DNA of 14,679 nucleotides from Octopus sinensis (GCF_006345805.1 NW_021825661.1:1-14679), one strand, 5' to 3'; positions 1 to 9,147 are shown, counted from the stretch's first letter. Made by a program: numbers and translations. Notes: generated from the sequence alone by a model not told the origin.

Positions 1-371
1 CGGCGTTCGAGCAGAAACAGAGAGAAGAGAGAGAGAGAGACACGAGGGAAAAGTAAAAGACAGACAAAGGAAAGAATGAAAGAGGGAGAGACAGAGATGG
101 TAGGATGTGAGAGAGAGAGAGAGAGTAAGAGAGAGAAGGAAGTATGAGAAAGCGAAAGTGAAAGTGAGAACATTTAAATATGGACAACGAAAATACATGC
201 AAAAATACGTGATCGAAAGTAAAAATTTTTTTGTTGCTTGTTCCAAAGTGAGGGCTATTGACTGGACTCTGCCCTTTTTTTCTATTCCTTTAACTGTTTT
301 TATTTTATTCTATTAATTTTATTTTTTTTTGTTTGTTTTTTGTTTGTTTTTTTGTTCGTTGCACTCTGTAG

Positions 372-424
372 GTGGGGCGATGAGAGCGTTGTATTATAAC
401 CGATCCGGTTTCGATTTCCACTTG
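372..424 (+). CDS. Alternative candidate exon (53 nt): GAMRALYYNRSGFDFHL
   Basis: ~70-nt T-rich tract, CTGTAG| acceptor, TTG|GTAACG donor, one open frame. No homology recognised. Confidence 0.28.
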
Positions 425-504
425 GTAACGCTTCACTAACGGCATTAATTTCCTTTACAAAAGAACGGACGTGAGAAGTGAGAAAAGTTTTAATGAAACT
501 CTCT

Positions 505-539
<35 letters not shown>

Positions 540-704
540 TCCTATATATCTATACCGAGAGTGAGAGAGAGAGAGAGAGAGCACGTGTGCGCATGTGTGC
601 GTATGTGTATGAAAGAAAAGGAGACCATGGTAAAGAACAAAATGACAGACAAAGCTACCGATCTAACTGTTTATTTATCTATCTCTCTTTCTATCTATCC
701 ATCA

Positions 705-733
705 GATAGATAGATAGACAAGCAGATAGATAG

Positions 734-822
<89 letters not shown>
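705..822. repeat. (GATA)n microsatellite; (GA/CT)n tracts also at 20-150 and 505-580
   Basis: Directly visible. Confidence 0.95.
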
Positions 823-936
823 CACGTCCACATTTATATGAGGAGTTTTTGCATAATCTACATACATTTAAACACTCACACACGTACATATACAAACGCA
901 CACACAAACACAATACGCAAACCCAAATTCTGTTAG

Positions 937-1023
937 GATTCACAAAACAGTGTGTACGAGGGTAGATACAATGCTAAGGGTCAGATCAGGGTAATATCAT
1001 TATATAGGGACACCTACTTACAG
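937..1023 (+). CDS. Alternative candidate exon (87 nt, phase 0 to 0): [29 protein letters not shown]
   Basis: TTCTGTTAG| acceptor and CAG|GTAAAT donor. Open and phase-compatible with 372-424. No homology recognised. Confidence 0.28.
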
Positions 1024-1189
1024 GTAAATGGGTATCACTGCTCATTTTCTGAACATTAAAATACTCTCAAATATAATATCCAATTGTTGGTAAAACCGAA
1101 GCAAAGCGCCACCTGGTTCACGCATCATCCCCCATTAGCTGTTCGTTGCTTCATTTGACCAGAACATACGCAGACGACATTACTTCAAG

Positions 1190-1607
1190 ATTCTTCTTTC
1201 CTCTTCTTTTTTTTTTCTTTTTTAACTTTTTCTTGTTCTTTTCCTTTTCGGGTGGCCTCCATTTCCTCCTCCTCCTCTTCCTTCTTCTCCAGCATTTTTT
1301 TTCTTATTTTTCCTTTTTCTTTCTTCTTCAACTCTTTCATTTTCTTTCTTTCTTTCTTCTCCGCCTTCTTTTTCCTTCTTTTCTTCTTTCTTTACCGTCT
1401 TTTTCGTTTTCCGTTTTGTTTTTCTTCTTTCTTCCGTTCCACTTCTTTTTCTCTTTATCTGGCCCTTCCTTTCCTTCATTTTCTTGTTGTTGTTGTTGTT
1501 GTTGTTGTCGTTCTTCTTCTCCTTCTTCTTCTCCTCCTCCTCCTCCTCCGCTTTTTATAAGAATGATAATTATGAAGAGGATTATCATCATCATCATAAT
1601 CATCGTC

Positions 1608-1689
<82 letters not shown>

Positions 1690-1715
1690 GTTATGTTATT
1701 ATTATTATTATTATT
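1190..1715. repeat. Compound low-complexity tract: T/C-rich, (GTT)n, (CCT)n, (ATC)n, (ATT)n
   Basis: Directly visible. Confidence 0.92.
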
Positions 1716-1991
1716 AATCCAAAGTGGGATGAACCAATGCTTGGGTAAGTGAATAGGGACAAGGGTTAAGAATTTATTCAGAGGGGATAAATATGGCGTC
1801 GTTTCTTTATGGCAGCTGTGTACAACGTCGCAATCAAATTAACAGATCGGTGGATTCTAACCGAAATACCCGAAACTAAAATAAAGTTAAACCGGATGGA
1901 GGCGTTGATTCGTCCCCTAACCACGTCTCACTGAACTTCCGTTTGTGATTAGTTTTATATTTTTATGTCTTCACCACCAAGAAATTATTTT

Positions 1992-2283
1992 CGTACCTAA
2001 TTCAGCCCTACACCACCTCACGTTATTCCAAGTACCATAGTCCACTGCAGCACAGAACAGCTCACCGCAGCCCACACTTGGACGCTTCAGGCCGCCTTAA
2101 TTCACCCCAAGACAACCTCAATCCACAACAGCCAACCTCAATCCATTGTAGCCTGCCTCATCCAACGCAACTCAGTCCACAAAATCCCACCTTAGCCCTC
2201 TGCACTCAAACTCAGCCCTTCCCACTCGAACTCAGACCAATTCAGGTTACCCCAGCTCACTTCAGCTCATCCATCGCATCCCG
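1992..2283 (+). repeat. Degenerate pentanucleotide repeat (~AACTC/AGCCC/AGCTC)
   Basis: Period-5 pattern: aactc agccc .. aactc agacc aattc aggtt acccc agctc acttc agctc. Confidence 0.6.
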
Positions 2284-2284
2284 C

Positions 2285-2985
2285 AACTTCGACCAAACTC
2301 AAAAAGTTAACAGAGGAAATGGAAGATGTTTATGTGCAGACCCTTCTGTAGTTCCAAGTGCTATGCATATAAAATTACCTGCCAGTGTCATGGTTTTAGG
2401 GGTTGTCAGCAATGAAGTACATGTGATGCCTCCTTACTTCTTTCCGCAAGGCCTTAGAGTTAACTCTGCCGCCTACATTGAAATCGTGGAAATCATTGTT
2501 AATCCCTGGATAGACAGTGTAGGCAATGGAAGGTCATATGTGTTTCAGTAAGACTCTGCACTATCACACATGGTTCTAGCAACACAGGAATGGAAGATAG
2601 CCGAAATTTTTCATGATCACATAACCCCTAACATTTGGCCTCCTAATTCCCCAGATCTCAGTCCATTGGATTATTACATGTGGAGCGTTGTTGAGAGAGA
2701 AGTCAATGAACTCGCCCATAACACCAAATATTCTTTGAAAGCTGCCATAGACAGAGTAATGTCCAAAATGAACAAGGACCATTGATTCGAGCATGTAGAT
2801 GATTTAGATCTCATATAGAAGCAGTTGTTGAAGCTGAAGGTGGCTTTATTGAATAACATTATAGAAAAGAAGGTTTATTTTTATCCTCAAAGCATTTTTT
2901 GATAAATAAATTTATTATCTGTTTTAGATATCTGTGTTTTTTTTATAAACATAAATCTGTCCTCCAATATCTTACGCACCCTGTA
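2285..2985 (+). mobile_element. Decayed Tc1/mariner transposon 3' half, maT/DD37D-like, with right TIR
   Basis: Translation NFDQTQKVNR..VMVLGVVSNE..YVFQ*DSA..WPPNSPDLSPLDYYMW..AVVEAEGGFIE*. Nonsense TAA 2549-51, frameshift near 2782, TGA near 2798. Ends ..ATCTTACGCACCCTG (2983) + TA, the reverse complement of a CAGGGTG-type TIR. No left TIR or first catalytic Asp found. Confidence 0.88.
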
Positions 2986-3024
2986 TATACATATACATAT
3001 ACATGGCACCATATATATAGAAAA

Positions 3025-3340
3025 TCTTGTGAGTGGATTTAGTAAGTGTAAACCGAAATGAGTTTCTTAAATATGTGTGTGTATGTTTGTGCGCTTGCAT
3101 GTGCGTGTGTGCACGTGTATGTGTATGTGTCTAGCTATGTGTGTCTGTGTTTGTGCTGGTACCAGACAACTGCTTTACACCCGGTGTTGGTTTGTTTATG
3201 TCCCAGTAAATTAGCGGTTCGGCAAAGGACTCCGGCAGGATAAGTACCGGGCTTATAAGTCGACTTGTTCAACTAAACTCTTCGAGTCGCTGCTCCAGCA
3301 CAGCCGCAGCCCAACGACTGATGCAAGTAAAAGAATAACA
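3025..3340 (+). mobile_element. Same SINE family, diverged, head missing, with internal (TG)n
   Basis: CTTGTGAGTGGATTTAGTA resembles the 7841-8003 body; TAAATTAGCGGTTCGGCAAAG..GCTCCAGCA..CAAGTAAAAGAATAA resembles the copies at 5445 and 10515. Confidence 0.72.
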
Positions 3341-4305
3341 GTCTAAAAGAATATATATGAATGAGCGTGTGTGTGTGTGTGTGCGTGCACGCGTCTGTGT
3401 GTGTGTGTTTCGTGTTTGTGTCCCTCAGTAGGTACTTGGTTTATGGGTGTATGTCTGAGTTCGTGTGTGTGTGTTTGTATGTATGTAGGTTTGTAAGAGT
3501 GTGTGATTTACTTTATCTGTATGTGTATAATTGTATATACATGTATTTTCGGACGCGTGTATCCTTATCAGAGACCATGTTTTGTTTCTTCCGTATGCAT
3601 GCATGGTTGTGCATTCACGCGAATGTATATACATGCAAGCATGCATGTGTAAATAAATAAATAAATAAATAAATAAATGTATAGCATTTTAACAAGCAAA
3701 AAAAAATAAACAATAAAATACTAAAAAAAAATAAACGGAACAACAAGATAATATTATACATAAATTTCGTATTAAGATCAATATTGATAAAGAAAAACAT
3801 AGAAAGTAAATTTGGAGATGGCGGGGGGGGGGAGGCACGGGCAAAACGATAATCTCAAATGGACAAAAATAAATAAACAGACAAAGAAAGACAGAAAGAA
3901 AAAGAAAAGTTACGAAGATGCGAAGGAAACAGAGCGAAAGATAAGCAGAGAGAAAATGGACGAAATGTTAACGCTACGAAACAAAATGGCGGTTTACATC
4001 TTATTTTTAAACGGAGGATAAATATAAAGTGAGAAATTCCATAAAATGGAATCTCTGGAGATTTGTTGCTGAAAATTAGATGCCGGTTATTTCTGTTAAT
4101 TTAAAAGGATATTGCGGCTTAGAAATTCCAGGGTGTTATATTTTTTATTTATATTTTGCCGTATTTCTTATTATATTTTTGGTATTTTTGTATTTTTTGT
4201 TATTTCACTTGGCTTGTTGGTTCTTTTATTCGTTTATTTGTTTCTGTATTTGTTTATTTATCGGAGCATTTAAAGCATCGCTTCACAGACAAGAATTTAT
4301 CACAC

Positions 4306-4341
4306 AGCCTGATAAATTCGATATGTTATACCATTTGACGT
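4306..4341 (-). CDS. Candidate exon (36 nt, phase 1 to 1): (D)VKWYNISNLSG
   Basis: Acceptor TATATTTTATTAG|, weak donor GCT|GTGTGA. Phase-compatible with 6550; Y-x-I-x-N-L matches FN3 strand E. Confidence 0.35.
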
Positions 4342-4426
4342 CTAATAAAATATAGCTTCTCCGACTAAATATCTGGGGTACAGTTAGGATTGTGTGTTGT
4401 TATACACACTAGGTAAAAAGATGGAC

Positions 4427-4475
<49 letters not shown>

Positions 4476-4485
4476 CATACATACA

Positions 4486-4517
<32 letters not shown>

Positions 4518-4800
4518 CATACATACATACATACATATATAGGTAGACAGACAGACAAACAGGCGGACAGACAGATAAATTGGCGGATGGATTGATGGAT
4601 GGATAGTTAGATCGTATTAGGAGGCGGAGATGGAGAAGAAGAAGAAGAAGAAGAAGAAGAAGAAGAAAAAAAGAAGAAGAAGAAAAAGAAGAAGAAGAAG
4701 AAGAAGAAGAAGAAGAAGAAAAGAAGAAGAAGAAAAGAAGAAGAAGAAGAAGAAGAAGAAGAAGAAGAAGAAGAAGAAGAAGAAGAAGAAGAAGAAGAAG
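4427..4800. repeat. Compound (GATA)n-(CATA)n-(GACA/GGAT)-(GAA)n microsatellite
   Basis: Directly visible; (GAA)n spans about 4636-4800. Confidence 0.95.
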
Positions 4801-5352
4801 AATGAAAGAAAGACGAGGAGATGAAAATGCAAACCAAACTAGATTTCTCTCTGCCGCTTTCTCTCTCTCGTCCCCCTCTCTCTCTCTCACTCACTCCCCC
4901 TCCCCTTTTCTCTATTTCTCTCTACGTCTTTCTAATATCATAAATATTTACTCCTTGATATTCGATTACGTTCATCAGTGTCCGGCATATCTCCGTTCTC
5001 TGCCGATTTGCACCGATTTTTCTTATTAGGCAGGACACACCTACGGACATGTTGTTTCGAGATCGTTCCAGCTCATCACTCAAACGCTCTCTCCATATAT
5101 ACACACACACCACCACCACCATCCCCACCACCACCACCACTGCCACTACCACACGCATACCTATCTATATAATATAACGTATTATAGCATCATATATTAT
5201 GCATGCGTATACATTCAGAGATGTGTACCCAATAAATTTTACTCTTATCTCAGTATAGGATCAGATAATCAGTAAATGTATCGTTGTCATTCTCAAATTT
5301 GCTAATAATAATGTTTTATACATACACACACACACACAGTCACACACACACG

Positions 5353-5415
<63 letters not shown>

Positions 5416-5444
5416 TATATATGTATATGAGTGTATGCTTGTGT

Positions 5445-5655
5445 GTCTGTGTTTGTCCCCCCAACATCGTTTGACAAGTGATGCTGGTGTGTTTAGGTCC
5501 CCGTAACTTAGCGGTTTGGCAAAAGAGACCGATAGAATAAGTACTAGGCTTACAAAGAATAAGCCCTGGGGTCGATTTGCTCGACTAAAGGCGGTGCTCC
5601 AGCATTGGCCACAGTCAAATGACTGAAACAAGTAAAATAGCAAAAGAGTAAAAGA
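5445..5655 (+). mobile_element. SINE 3' half
   Basis: GTTTGTCCCCC..CCCCGTAACTTAGCGGTTTGGCAAAAGAGACCGATAGAATAAGTACTAGGCTTACAAAGAATAAG..ATGACTGAAACAAGTAAAA aligns by eye with 10515-10720 and, inverted, with 8463-8690. Confidence 0.85.
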
Positions 5656-5715
5656 ATATGGGTTTACGAGGCATTAAATGTAGTGAGCCAGAGAGAAGAC
5701 CTCGTTGGTATGGTC

Positions 5716-5925
5716 TTGTCCGAGTCAGACGCCATGATAGATCGTTAGCTACTACACACATTTTTTTTTCTCTCCTTGTTTTTTCTGTGTACCTTTCTGT
5801 AGAAGAGCGTAGGCTCGAAACGTAAAAGACTTTTTCTATTCCTGAGCGCTATACTAATACATTTGTTTGTTTGTACTCCACCTGCCTTCGTCTTTTGTTT
5901 ATTTTCGTAAACTTTCCCTTCATAT
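5716..5925 (+). mobile_element. Probable Penelope-like pseudo-LTR fragment carrying the 5793-5828 motif
   Basis: Hammerhead-like motif inside a T-rich segment ending at a (TA)n tract. Resembles a repeat I recall from octopus genomes (not searched). Boundaries approximate. Confidence 0.45.
5793..5828 (+). ncRNA. Minimal type I hammerhead-like motif with one core deviation
   Basis: Stem I CTTT/AAAG; core CTGTAGA (canonical CTGANGA, A6 replaced by U); extra A; stem II GAGC-gtag-GCTC; GAA; palindromic ACGT; H17=A5824. Confidence 0.5.
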
Positions 5926-5940
5926 TATATATATATATAT

Positions 5941-6515
5941 ATGGATGACGACAGCTACATCCAGAAGTGTCGATTTCAAATTGCAGAGGATGCATATGGA
6001 AGGGGTAGACACGGAGAGATACGGAACGAAGTGATGAGAAATGATCTTCAGTCGTTGGGCCTCACAGAGGAGATGACAACGGACCGAGACTTCTGACGAA
6101 ATACTACGCTTGAGAAGATACGTCAAACTAAGTAAAACCGTCATCATTCATACATACAGGCATATTCTCTATGGCCCTTTCTCAGCTGTTAGATCTTTCT
6201 CTTGTGGACTTGCTGGTACGGGGTCCACGAAAATCACCTGTGCTGGTGCGTCGCAATAGAGCCCGTACCGGTGCCATGCAAACCCACACGTGCCAGTGCT
6301 ACGTTAAAAAGCGCCTGAGCTGATGCCACGTAAATGAGCCCGTGCCCGTGCCACGTTAAACGCACCCAGTACTCGCTGTAAAGCGGCTGGCGTTAAGAAG
6401 GGCATCCAGTCGCAGAAACCATGCAAAAACGAACAAATGGAGGATGGGCAGCTGTCGAACCGGCCGACCCATGGAAGCATGAAGAACGGACGTCAAACGA
6501 TCATCATCATCATCA
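5941..6515 (+). mobile_element. RTE-clade LINE, 5'-truncated 3' end (ORF C-terminus, 3' UTR, tail)
   Basis: 5941-6135 reads MDDDSYIQKCR..GRGR..EVMRNDLQSLGLTEEMTTDRDF*RNTTLEKIRQTK*, matching the RTE C-terminal pattern (GRP..W...V..DL..LGL....A.DR..WR). In-frame TGA 6094-96. 3' UTR has GGCGTTAAGAAGGGCATCCAG, ..ACGGACGTCAAAC and a trinucleotide tail. Confidence 0.82.
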
Positions 6516-6549
6516 CGATTTTCATCTAAGCATCTATTTTTCTCCATAC

Positions 6550-6625
6550 CTGCTAGCTCTGATGAGTACGCGATATTCCGCAACCGTGCGGTTATCTCAA
6601 ATCCGGTTTGATACCCGGTGAGAAA
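6550..6625 (-). CDS. Candidate internal coding exon (76 nt, phase 0 to 1): FLTGYQTGFEITARLRNIAYSSELA
   Basis: Acceptor TATTATTTATCTATTACAG| and donor GCAG|GTATGG. Only one open frame. Non-repetitive island. Confidence 0.58.
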
Positions 6626-6703
6626 CTGTAATAGATAAATAATATTGTACACTTTGATCAATACACACACACACACAAACACACGCATGTCTGTGTGTAT
6701 GGA

Positions 6704-6704
<1 letters not shown>

Positions 6705-6770
<66 letters not shown>

Positions 6771-6771
6771 T

Positions 6772-6822
<51 letters not shown>
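6705..6822. repeat. (AAT)n microsatellite in the intron between the candidate exons
   Basis: Directly visible. Confidence 0.95.
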
Positions 6823-6823
<1 letters not shown>

Positions 6824-6863
6824 TCGTTTCCAAATTTCTGTATCATGGTGCTGTTTTTCTCAC

Positions 6864-6906
6864 TGACGGTGCCCAACTGATCCTGCTATACTGTGTAGTC
6901 GACAAA
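6864..6906 (-). CDS. Candidate internal coding exon (43 nt, phase 2 to 0): LSTTQYSRISWAPS
   Basis: Long pyrimidine tract ..TTGTTCGTTCTTTAG| and donor TCA|GTGAGA. Phase-compatible with 6550-6625; the join ISWAPSFLTGYQTGFEI resembles FN3 strands B-C. Confidence 0.5.
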
Positions 6907-7016
6907 CTAAAGAACGAACAATGCGCATGCACAAAATTAAAAACATAAAATGACAACAGTTTACTGTGTATGTATGTGTGCATATGTATATATATATATA
7001 TATTATATATATATAT

Positions 7017-7800
7017 AGAAATGTCGAGTTGACTAATCTTGAAACGTACGTTCTCAAATAACCTTTGCATTTGATTTTTTAATGTCTTTACCCCCATACT
7101 TTCGTGAGTTGAATTGAGCAAACACTATATGAGAGAGATTTTCTTTAAGTATTAGAAATAGTTTTAAAAAAGTTTTTTTAGCTACTATTTCTAATGAGTT
7201 CAGTATGTGGCAAAGTAATTTATTTTACTAAGCCCTTTTATATAATGTAATAATTGAATTCGCCTTAAATGGTCCCTTTACATACTGAATACTTGGTGAA
7301 ATTGATTAATAATTAATTAATTTTACCCTCAATTGTTGAAATTATAATTCATCTCTCTCTATTTAATGCTTCGGATTTTACCGAAAAAGCATAGTGTTTA
7401 CTGATTTTAACCCACGCTGGTGGAAAGGGGAGAGCAGAAATTCTTCGCTTGCATATTTTGGGTTTGCTGGCACTGTTAGTTTCGAGCAGATCTTCAGAAG
7501 CGATAAGAAGCCGAAAGGGTATGCTCCCACTTTCAGTGTTTTCAAATCCAAACCAAGGAGTTCTGAGCTGATGATAGAAATGTCGAGTTGACTAATCTTG
7601 AAACGTACGTTCTCAAATAACCTTTGCATTTGATTTTTTAATGTCTTTACCCCCCCATACTTTCGTGAGTTGAATTGAGCAAACACTATATGAGAGAGAT
7701 TTTCTTTAAGTATTAGAAATAGTTTTAAAAAAGTTTTTTTAGCTACTATTTCTAATGAGTTCAGTATGTGGCAAAGTAATTTATTTTACTAAGCCCTTTT
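7017..7800 (+). mobile_element. Non-autonomous hammerhead-bearing retroelement (retrozyme/Penelope pseudo-LTR-like), ~1.4 tandem copies of a 559-nt unit
   Basis: 7015-7244 is repeated at 7574-7805, identical by eye except a C5 vs C7 run. A hammerhead spans the unit junction. No recognisable protein ORF. Flanked by ATATATTATATATATATAT at 6998-7016 and 7801-7819. Confidence 0.7.
7564..7615 (+). ncRNA. Minimal type I hammerhead ribozyme (Penelope/retrozyme type)
   Basis: Stem I TGAG(7564-67)/CTCA(7612-15); core CTGATGA 7568-74; stem II AGA..TCT enclosing a GTC-GAGTT-GAC hairpin; GAA 7600-02; stem III AC-[GTAC]-GT within palindrome ACGTACGT 7603-10; predicted cleavage after GUU at 7611. Confidence 0.75.
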
Positions 7801-7806
7801 ATATAT

Positions 7807-7840
<34 letters not shown>

Positions 7841-8003
7841 CGACGGGCTTCTTTCAGTTTCCAGCTACCAAATCCACTCCCAAGGATTCGGTCGGTCCGT
7901 GGCTTTAGTAGAAGACACTTGCTCAAGGCGTCGCGCAACGGAACCGATCCAAGGACCATGTGGTTGGGAAGGAAGTTCTTTACCACACAGCCACGTCTGC
8001 TCC
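7841..8003 (-). mobile_element. tRNA-derived SINE, 5' half (octopus OK/OR-type)
   Basis: Minus strand: A-box-like TGGCTGTGTGG, B-box-like GGATCGGTTCC, then CCTTGAGCAAGTGTCTT and GAGTGGATTTGGTAG..GAAAGAAGCCCGTCG, running into (TA)n. Confidence 0.8.
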
Positions 8004-8462
8004 TTTAGTTATTCATTTATTTATTTATGTATATATTTATTTATTTATTTATTTATTTATATAATTGCTCTTTTTTCAAGTAGGCACCAAAATATCTATA
8101 TTTAGATCATTATTTTTTTATTTTCACCTTTTCTTTTTATCACAAACTGCAGGACGTGATTTGAGAGAGATTTCACTGCTATTTCTACGAGGTGAAGACA
8201 CCATGTAGAGACTCCTCCGGATCAAACAGAGTTGTAAACGGCCCCCGCCGGCAGATCTATACTATGACCCAGTTACGATTCCCTATTGGGTATACTACGC
8301 TTCAATAACGCCACGTGTCTGCTTCGTGTTCGGCCATAGTGAAATATCATGGTGAGAAGCGAAAGGTCACGGTTGACTAATTTCTCCTTCCTCACATTTG
8401 TTGTTGTTGTTGTTGTTGTTGTCGTTGTCGTTGTCGTCGTCTTCATTCTTTAGCCGCAGTCT

Positions 8463-8690
8463 TCTTTTACTTGCTTCAGTCATTAGGCTGTGGCCATACT
8501 GGAGCATAGCCTTGAAGAATTTCTAGTCGAATGAATCTATACCTGTGCGTATTTTCTTTTTTAAGACCGCTACTTATTCTATCGATGTCTTTTGCCGAGC
8601 CGCTGAGTTGTGGGAACGTAAACATACCAACACCGGCTGTCAAGTAGTGGTGGGAGACAAACAAGCACAGACATATAAACATATATATAT
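8463..8690 (-). mobile_element. SINE 3' half (inverted)
   Basis: TTTTACTTGCTTCAGTCAT..TACTTATTCTATCGATGTCTTTTGCCGAGCCGCTGAGTT..GACAAACA is the reverse-complement homolog of 5445-5655. Confidence 0.8.
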
Positions 8691-8716
8691 ACATATATAC
8701 ATACATATATACATAC

Positions 8717-8784
<68 letters not shown>

Positions 8785-9009
8785 ATATATACATACATAT
8801 ATATATATATGAAAATAGTAATGCAATACTAGAGTATTTCTATGAAGATAAAAGACTCTATGGTCAAATGTAATTCCGGCCATGACTATCAGCTGGTATT
8901 TCTAGCAGGTAGGGGCTCTTTTTGTAAATGAGACAGTGACTGTTGTTGTTGATGTCGTACAGAAGGTAGATAATCTAGCTTCATAACCACTCATCTCAAT
9001 CCCCCATAC

Positions 9010-9035
9010 GTCAATAACTCTGACGTTTTCTCATA
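9010..9035 (-). CDS. Candidate micro-exon (26 nt, phase 0 to 2): YEKTSELL(T)
   Basis: Acceptor ATATGTTTTGTCAG|, donor GAC|GTATGG. Phase-compatible with 6906. Confidence 0.25.
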
Positions 9036-9147
9036 CTGACAAAACATATTTAAGGAAGAATTGGGACACTGAGCAAATTGAATCAGTAACTATGATTATG
9101 GAAAATTCAAAAAATTATGGAAAATTCAAAAATTTGCTGAAAGTTAC

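Noticed and set aside
1725-1850. WD40-like peptide WDEPMLG/GDKYGVVSLWQL
   Set aside because: It needs a 37-nt intron and hits a stop with no good donor; probably chance.
6555-6626. CTGATGAG..GAAAC hammerhead or tRNA-like cloverleaf on + strand
   Set aside because: No stem II closing next to the cores and the A/B box spacing is poor; the segment is better explained as a minus-strand exon.
7017-7800. LTR retrotransposon / TRIM interpretation of the direct repeats
   Set aside because: No TG..CA termini, no PBS or PPT, and the repeat boundary cuts through a hammerhead, which fits a permuted tandem unit better.
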